A stretch of DNA of 64,000 nucleotides from the NCBI GenBank assembly GCA_963791045.1, contig CAWBQK010000018.1, forward strand, positions 32,001-96,000, read 5' to 3'. The DNA comes from Candidatus Latescibacterota bacterium. Its GTDB lineage: Bacteria; Krumholzibacteriota; Krumholzibacteriia; WVZY01. Below the pieces are notes generated by a model, which worked only from the letters and a program-made list of their open reading frames with translations, was not told the origin of the DNA and searched no databases. Position numbers and translations under genes: made by a program. This document shows positions 60,477 to 64,000 of this stretch, in pieces (the stretch's first letter is position 1; each line of letters opens with the position of its first letter).

Positions 60477-63152
60477 ATGATAGGCAAAACTTTTTCGAAT
60501 TATGAGGTTGTAGAAAAAATCGGAGCAGGTGGAATGGGCGAAGTGTTTCGCGCTCGCGACACCAAGCTCGGGCGCGATGTCGCGTTGAAATTCTTGCCCG
60601 ATTCGCTCTCGCACGATCCGGATCGTTTGGCCCGATTTGACCGCGAAGCAAAACTCCTCGCATCGCTCAATCATCCGTACGTCGCGTCGATCCATGGTTT
60701 TGAACATGTTGACGGCAAGCACTTTCTTGTTCTCGAAATGATCGACGGCGAAGACCTGGCCGAACGGCTGACTCGGGGGCCCATTCCCGTTGATGAGACA
60801 CTCCGCATCTGTCTACATGTCGCTGAAGCGCTCGAGGCGGCTCACGAGGAAGGCATTGTCCACCGCGATCTCAAGCCGGGGAACATCAAAGTGTCGTCGA
60901 ACGACACTGTCAAGGTTCTCGACTTCGGTCTCGCTAAAGCGTGGGATTCCGAACCGTCTTCGAGCGATCTTTCGCAGTCGCCGACGGTTCTGGGGAACAG
61001 CCCGACACTCGCCGGTGTCATACTGGGCACGGCGGCGTACATGAGTCCCGAACAGGCCCGCGGCAAGAATGTCGACAAACGTGCCGACATATTTGGATTC
61101 GGATGTGTCCTTTACGAGATGCTCACTGGGAAACAGATGTTCGCGGGCGACACGGTATCGGACACGCTCGCATCCATCCTGAAGTCCGAGCCCGATTGGG
61201 ATGCGTTGCCCTCCGATACGCCGCGAGCGATCAAGAGACTGCTCAGAAGGTGTTTGGAGAAGGACCCTGCGCGGCGATTGAGGGATATCGGCGAGGCGCG
61301 GATTGTCATCGACTCGGTAATAAAGGGCGAAACAACCGATGATATCGTAACGAATGAAACGGTCGCACTGCAAACGTCCGGCCGGAGCAAAATGGCCTAC
61401 GCCGGGTGGGGTTTGTTGGCTGTCGTCGCCGTGGTTTCATCCCTGTTCGCGTTCACGGGTTTTTCAAAAACGTCGCCGTCTGAGATGCCCGTGATGCGAA
61501 CATCGATTCTGCCGCCTGACGGTGTCAGATTCAGCCTTCGCGGAGTTCATCCGGGTCCCGTCGTTATTTCGCCGGATGGCCGCCGCGTTGTATTTACGGG
61601 GCGCCAGACAGGCGGAAAATCGCTTCTCTTTGTACGCGAACTTGACAGCACCGAAGCCAGGGCCCTGATTGGAACCGATAATGCCGGTTATCCTTTCTGG
61701 TCACCCGATGGGCAAAGTATTGGGTTTTTCGCCGATGGAAAACTCAAGCGCGTGGATATCTCGGGTGCACCTCCGCTTGCTCTCTGTGAGGCTCCTGTTG
61801 GAAAGGGAGGGGCATGGAATGAAGATGGGACGATCGTGTTTGCGCCGTCGTTCGCCACGCCTCTGCACAGCGTTCCCGCCGTCGGGGGAATCTCAACACC
61901 GATTACCGAGATGAGACCGGATGAAGGAGAGAATTCCCATCGTTTCCCGCAGTTTTTACCCGACGGAGACCATTTTATCTATTTCGCGCGTCTTGGCGGC
62001 GAAGTTAGCGCGATCCGGTTGAGTTCGGTCTCAGGTGACGAGGACAGGGAAGTTATGCGAGCCACATCAAATGTGGTTTATGCGTCGGAACAAATTTTGT
62101 TTCTGCGGCAATCGACGTTGATGTCGCGGCCGTTCGATCCGGACAAGTTGGGGTTCACCGGTGATCCCGTGCCCGTTGCGGATCCCGTCCGTTTCATTCC
62201 CGGGGCCATGCGCGGGATATTCGATGCGTCTGCCGATGGGATGCTGGTGTACCAGGCGGGATCGAGTATCCCCGGCGCGCAGCTCGTCTGGCGAGATTTG
62301 GATGGTAAGCGACTCGGCTCGCTAGGAGATATCGTCCAGCAGGACAACTATTCGATTTCACCGGACGGTACCAAGGTTGCCGTCGATCTCTTTGACAAGA
62401 CGGGTGGCACCACGGACATCTGGATTTACGATGTGGCCAGAGAAATCCGGAGCCGGTTCACTTTCGATTCCGGGAATGACTCCAACGCGATCTGGTCGCC
62501 CGATGGATCGCAAATCGTGTTTACCAGCACACGGTCGGGAAAAGGTCAGCTTTATATCAAGAATGTCGGCGGCGCGACCAACGAAGAGCCCCTCATCGAA
62601 ACACCTGGTTCGACGTGGCCGACCGATTGGTCCATGGACGGACGATACGTGGTCTATTTTATGAATGACTCGACCAATACGGGGAATGTGTGGGCGCTGC
62701 CTCTCTTTGGCGACCAGAAACCGTTTCCCGTGGTTTCGTCGGGGTACAGCGAATACAACGGACTCATATCGCCCGATGGAAACTGGATGGCCTATGTATC
62801 CGATGAGTCGGGGACCTTCGATGTGTACGTGACATCGTTCCCCGAAGCGGGAAGAAAATGGCAGATTTCCAGCGGGGGGAGCGTTGAACCGCGTTGGGAT
62901 CCGAAGGGCAGAGGGATTTACTACTTCAGTCTCAACGACGAGTTCCATTTCGTCGAAACCAGTCAGGATGCGTCGACGTTTGCCGTCGGAGCGGCGCGGC
63001 TGCTTTTCGAGTCTAATTCCGCGATCTACTACAGGACGGCGCCGGACGGCGAGAGATTGCTTGTTCTCGAGGATGCGGACGAGGGTGGGGTGTCTCCGCT
63101 CACGCTCGTGACAAACTGGACGCGCGATCTCGTTGATCGTCGGAAGCAGTAA
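60477..63152 (+). CDS. Membrane Ser/Thr kinase with TolB-like (PD40) beta-propellers (tandem paralog)
   Basis: Same architecture and colinear motifs as the upstream kinase. 5-bp intergenic gap. Confidence 0.94.
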   Translation: MIGKTFSNYEVVEKIGAGGMGEVFRARDTKLGRDVALKFLPDSLSHDPDRLARFDREAKLLASLNHPYVASIHGFEHVDGKHFLVLEMIDGEDLAERLTRGPIPVDETLRICLHVAEALEAAHEEGIVHRDLKPGNIKVSSNDTVKVLDFGLAKAWDSEPSSSDLSQSPTVLGNSPTLAGVILGTAAYMSPEQARGKNVDKRADIFGFGCVLYEMLTGKQMFAGDTVSDTLASILKSEPDWDALPSDTPRAIKRLLRRCLEKDPARRLRDIGEARIVIDSVIKGETTDDIVTNETVALQTSGRSKMAYAGWGLLAVVAVVSSLFAFTGFSKTSPSEMPVMRTSILPPDGVRFSLRGVHPGPVVISPDGRRVVFTGRQTGGKSLLFVRELDSTEARALIGTDNAGYPFWSPDGQSIGFFADGKLKRVDISGAPPLALCEAPVGKGGAWNEDGTIVFAPSFATPLHSVPAVGGISTPITEMRPDEGENSHRFPQFLPDGDHFIYFARLGGEVSAIRLSSVSGDEDREVMRATSNVVYASEQILFLRQSTLMSRPFDPDKLGFTGDPVPVADPVRFIPGAMRGIFDASADGMLVYQAGSSIPGAQLVWRDLDGKRLGSLGDIVQQDNYSISPDGTKVAVDLFDKTGGTTDIWIYDVAREIRSRFTFDSGNDSNAIWSPDGSQIVFTSTRSGKGQLYIKNVGGATNEEPLIETPGSTWPTDWSMDGRYVVYFMNDSTNTGNVWALPLFGDQKPFPVVSSGYSEYNGLISPDGNWMAYVSDESGTFDVYVTSFPEAGRKWQISSGGSVEPRWDPKGRGIYYFSLNDEFHFVETSQDASTFAVGAARLLFESNSAIYYRTAPDGERLLVLEDADEGGVSPLTLVTNWTRDLVDRRKQ

Positions 63153-63217
63153 ATGGATCGGTAGAGAGAGTATCCGCCGATTCCTCTTCGCCGTGAATTA
63201 TAAGCACGAACCTCTAA

Positions 63218-63253
63218 GCCGCCCCCGCATTCCCGCGGGGTGCGGTTTTTTTT
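63218..63253 (+). terminator. Intrinsic terminator after the kinase pair
   Basis: GCCGC-CCCCGC / GCGGGG-TGCGG followed by a T8 tract. Confidence 0.8.
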
Positions 63254-63360
63254 CGTTGAAATGCACCTATTGCCGTGTAACCATCAGCCGGGGAATTGTC
63301 TGCTGGGTGGCGCGTCAGTTTACAAAACGCGAGCGAGGGTTCAACAGGAGGCTTCGGGAA

Positions 63361-64000
63361 ATGAAAGTTGGATTGGTGTTGGGCGGAGGCGGCGCGCGCG
63401 GTTTCGCGCACATTGGTGTGTTGCGTGCCCTCGAAGAGCGAAAGATCGAGCCCGTTGCCATCGCCGGTTGTTCGATGGGTGGAATCATAGGCGCGTTCGT
63501 GGCCCAGGGGGCGGGTTCAGAGGAGATCTACGAGGCGTTCAAAGAACTCAAGCCGCACAAGCTGCTTGATTTCTCGAGCGGCGGAGCGTTGATCGGGGGC
63601 AGAGGGATCGCCGAGCAGCTCGAGGCGCGTCTTCCAAAGAAATTCTCCGACCTGGATCTGCCGCTCCGTGTCACGGCGGTTGATGTTCAAAAGGGCCGCG
63701 TGGTCACATTGTGGGAAGGAGATCTCATTCCCGCGCTGCGCGCGACAAGCGCTGTACCTGGGATATTCACACCCGTGGAACATGGGGAAAACGTTTTGAT
63801 AGATGGAGGGTTGCTGAACAACGTCCCCGTGGACGTGATTCAGGGCATGACCCACGAGCCGGTTATCGCAGTCGACGTGACCGTCCCCCCCAACCGAAAA
63901 CTTATTTTTGAAGACCCGCGCTCTTTTTGGGAAAAACTCAGAGAGCCTTTCCAGGCGGGGAAGCGCCCGTTGTTCATAGAACTGCTGATAAAGGCGTACG
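63361..64000 (+). CDS. Patatin-like phospholipase (3'-truncated; absent from the ORF track)
   Basis: Translated by hand: MKVGLVLGGGGARGFAHIGVLRAL...AGCSMGG (GxSxG)...LIDGGLLNNVP (DGG). AGGAGG RBS. Confidence 0.9.
   Translation, partial: MKVGLVLGGGGARGFAHIGVLRALEERKIEPVAIAGCSMGGIIGAFVAQGAGSEEIYEAFKELKPHKLLDFSSGGALIGGRGIAEQLEARLPKKFSDLDLPLRVTAVDVQKGRVVTLWEGDLIPALRATSAVPGIFTPVEHGENVLIDGGLLNNVPVDVIQGMTHEPVIAVDVTVPPNRKLIFEDPRSFWEKLREPFQAGKRPLFIELLIKAY

Noticed and set aside
1916-62948. Many long antisense/alternate-frame ORFs (e.g. 3047..4159, 28313..29653, 37443..39020)
   Set aside because: They shadow well-supported genes in GC-rich DNA and show no recognisable motifs.

Overview
GC-rich bacterial window from a Gram-negative organism. 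The many C-terminal 'PNPFNP...ASGVYFY...KKMILLK' sorting domains and the PorV-/PorT-like barrels suggest an FCB-associated lineage such as Latescibacterota, Krumholzibacteriota or Eisenbacteria; this is an inference. The window holds five secreted proteins with T9SS-like C-terminal domains, outer-membrane barrels, a serine hydrolase and an M16B peptidase pair. It also holds a nucleotide-sugar dehydrogenase, DEAD-box helicase, RRM protein, FabH, FKBP, a DUF134/MinD-ferredoxin/NifX operon, ABC-F, a fatty-acid desaturase, three membrane Ser/Thr kinases, an FHA-GAF-PP2C phosphatase and a truncated patatin. Highlights: (1) a hidden, exported selenoprotein (26765-28120) with an in-frame UGA in a U-G-G-C TlpA motif followed by a bSECIS-like hairpin; (2) a cluster of an exported TPR-CHAT caspase-like protease, a stand-alone TIMP/NTR-like protein and a ~3,700-aa secreted matrixin metalloprotease/adhesin, in which beta-propellers are inserted inside two CARDB domains; (3) a pair of palindromic operators at the DUF134 promoter; (4) a ~200-nt structured leader of the RRM gene that sequesters its RBS. 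Four other genes are broken by single-base lesions, most likely sequencing errors. No tRNA, rRNA, CRISPR array or mobile element was recognised.
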